Assembly: GCF_006345805.1 (NCBI RefSeq)
Contig: NC_043024.1
Location: 7,502,001-7,566,000, forward strand
Reading direction: 5' to 3'
DNA from: Octopus sinensis
Taxonomy: Eukaryota
DNA: 64,000 bases
This document shows, one piece after another, positions 61,888 through 64,000 of this stretch (position 1 is the stretch's first letter; every line of letters starts with the position of its first letter). The position numbers were made by a program, and so were the translations under genes. The notes under the pieces are model-generated. The model saw only the letters and a program-made list of their open reading frames with translations, did not search any database and had not been told where the DNA came from.

Positions 61888-63084
61888 TTTGTGTTTGTCC
61901 CCCACCCCCCAACATCGCTTGACAACTGATGCTGGTGTGTTTACGTCCCCATAACTTAGTGGTTCGGCAAAAGATACTGATAGAATAAGTACTAGGCTTA
62001 CAAAGAATAAGTCCTGGGGTTTATTTGCTTGACTAAAGGCGTTGCTCCAGCATGGTCACAGTCAAATGACTGAAACAGGTAAAAGAGTAAAAGAGTATGG
62101 TTTATTATTGTTTACACTTTGAATTGCAAATATATTTGTCGACACCAAAACCTTTTAAGTGTTTCAGGCCTCTAATCCAGGTCTTAATCTGGTTTTGTCC
62201 AAAGCATTTAACCTCCATCACAATATTAGGTCATGTAGTTAGATAAAGATCTTCATGAGTTTACATTAATTATCTGTCCTATTTATTCCTAAATTGTGCC
62301 ACAAACTAAGGTGGGGGAGATGGTAGAATAGCTACTGTATCAGACAAAATGCTTTGTGGTATTTCATCAATCTATATGTTTTGAGTTCAAATTCCACCGA
62401 GGTCGACTTTGCTTTTCATCATTTTGGGGGTCGATTAAATAAGTACCAGTTGCATATTGGGGGTCGATGTAATTGACTAACCCTCCCCTCCCCACAAATT
62501 CAGGCCTTGTACTTAAGGTAGAAAGGATTATTATTATTATCATTAAGATTTTTGTTTGTTCCTTCTCGAGCCATTCCTGGCCCATAAGGGCTGGTTTCCT
62601 GGTTTCCTTGGCATATAGGTTCCCCACCTGGACGGGGCGCCAGTCCGTTGCAGGTGAGCTACAAGATGCGGGAGGAAAGAGTGAGAGAAAGTTGTGGCGA
62701 AAGAGTCAGCAGAAGTTCACCATTACCTTCTGCTGGAACCGCGTGGAGCTTAGGTGTTTTCGCTTATAAACACACACATCGCCCGGTCTGAGATTTGAAC
62801 TCGCGATCCCTCGATAACGAGTCCGCTGCTCTAACCACTAGGCCATGTGCCTCCACATTATTAAGATTAGTGATTGGTAGAAGAGACAATATTCTTGGGG
62901 AGGCCCTGTGCATCAAAGACAAGCCACTCTCTTCTGGAGAACTTTTCGCCCAAGACTGACAGATAACATCCAGAAATCCTTAGCCTCACAGTGCTATGAG
63001 GGAGCATTGCCAGTCTAAGATAAACTCTATGGGCATGGAGGTGCCATCAACCAAGCATGTCCGAGATGTGCTCAGGGCAATGAA

Positions 63085-63184
63085 NNNNNNNNNNNNNNNN
63101 NNNNNNNNNNNNNNNNNNNNNNNNNNNNNNNNNNNNNNNNNNNNNNNNNNNNNNNNNNNNNNNNNNNNNNNNNNNNNNNNNNNN
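63085..63184. other. Assembly gap (100 N)
   Basis: Run of N. Confidence 1.
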
Positions 63185-64000
63185 GAAAGTTGATGAGGAT
63201 GTGGAAGGCACTTTATATAAGGGTGGGTGGGCATAGCTGGGAAGAAGATAATATTGTTATGAAGGAGTGCTGGAGGAAGAGCTGAATGGGCAAGGAGAGG
63301 GGATAAGGAAAGTTGATGAGGATGTGGAAGGCACTTTATATAAGGGTGGGTGGGCATAGCTGGGAAGAAGATAATATTGTTATGAAGGAGTGCTGGAGGA
63401 AGAGCTGAATGGGCAAGGAGAGGGGATAAGAAAAGTTGATGAGGATGTGGAAGGCACTTTATATAAGGGTGGGTGGGCATAGCTGGGAAGAAGATAATAT
63501 TGTTATGAAGGAGTGCTGGAGGAAGAGCTGAATGGGCAAGGAGAGGGGATAAGGAAAGTTGATGAGGATGTGGAAGGCACTTTATATAAGGGTGGGTGGG
63601 CATAGCTGGGAAGAAGATAATATTGTTATGAAGGAGTGCTGGAGGAAGAGCTGAATGGGCAAGGAGGGTATAAGAAGTTGATGAGGATGTGGAAGGCACT
63701 TTATATAAGGTGGGTGGGCATAGCTGGGAAGAAGATAATATTGTTATGAAGGAGTGCTGGAGGAAGAGCTGAATGGGCAAGGAGAGGGGATAAGGAAAGT
63801 TGATGAGGATGTGGAAGGCACTTTATATAAGGGTGGGTGGGCATAGCTGGAAGAATATGGATATGTTATACAGGAGTCTGGGAAGCAGAGCGAATGGCAA
63901 GGAAGGGGATAAGAAAAGTGATGAGGATTGGAAGGCACTTTATATAAGGGTGGGTGGGCATAGCTGGGAAGAAGATAATATTGTTATGAAGGAGTGCTGG
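63185..64000. repeat. 123-bp tandem satellite running off the window end
   Basis: GAAAGTTGATGAGGATGTGG anchors at 63185 and 63308 and onward. Explains the repetitive ORF 62986-63780. Confidence 0.95.

Noticed and set aside
62885-63084. Possible LINE RT-proximal fragment (VPSTKHVRDVLRAMK) before the gap
   Set aside because: Too short and truncated by Ns to classify.
160-63938. Most ORFs in the six-frame track ([22 protein letters not shown] and SINE-derived peptides)
   Set aside because: They are translations of microsatellites, SINEs or tandem repeats, with no splice-consistent or domain evidence.

Overview
This is an AT-rich, repeat-dominated metazoan genomic window. An octopus/cephalopod origin is inferred from the SINE, Helitron and microsatellite repertoire. 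One protein-coding gene could be reconstructed by hand on the minus strand: a 7-coding-exon PTTG1IP/PBF-like gene spanning 54481->4324. All introns are GT-AG with compatible phases, the CDS is 606 nt, and intron 1 is 33.3 kb. The predicted 201-aa protein is MEVKKKVYGIPRWRFDFILLITVVCCWSLMLFTTPTTAKETKSTTPAVTTPKPTSEPPSKYCPMFNKSCEKCVLSVKCIYCYVDETCKPYPVGHVLPKSSQCPFSKTRWSNCLINFEALLISMGVIAGLCLFSCILCIYCCCCRKSKRLKYMADEVKFERQKEERRIKSDERKQERQQRNDEIRKKYGLVKEENPYRRFDA. The rest is tRNA-derived SINEs (several families, some in tandem arrays), LINE fragments (CR1-like, RTE, Tx1-like), non-autonomous Helitrons, a MITE, a mariner relic, a 5S rRNA pseudogene, microsatellites and one 100-N gap. The most notable unexplained signal is a dense set of about 12 type I hammerhead-ribozyme (HHR)-like motifs from at least six unrelated sequence families. 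They sit in short Penelope/retrozyme-like elements at (TA)n tracts. One has a fully canonical core in the sense of the host pre-mRNA, and two pairs are locked in foldback inverted repeats. Also notable are a candidate 15-nt in-frame microexon and a LINE/SINE shared 3' stem-loop with covariation. Nearly all ORF-track ORFs are microsatellite or SINE artefacts. Repeat boundaries are approximate; exon and ribozyme coordinates were counted by hand.
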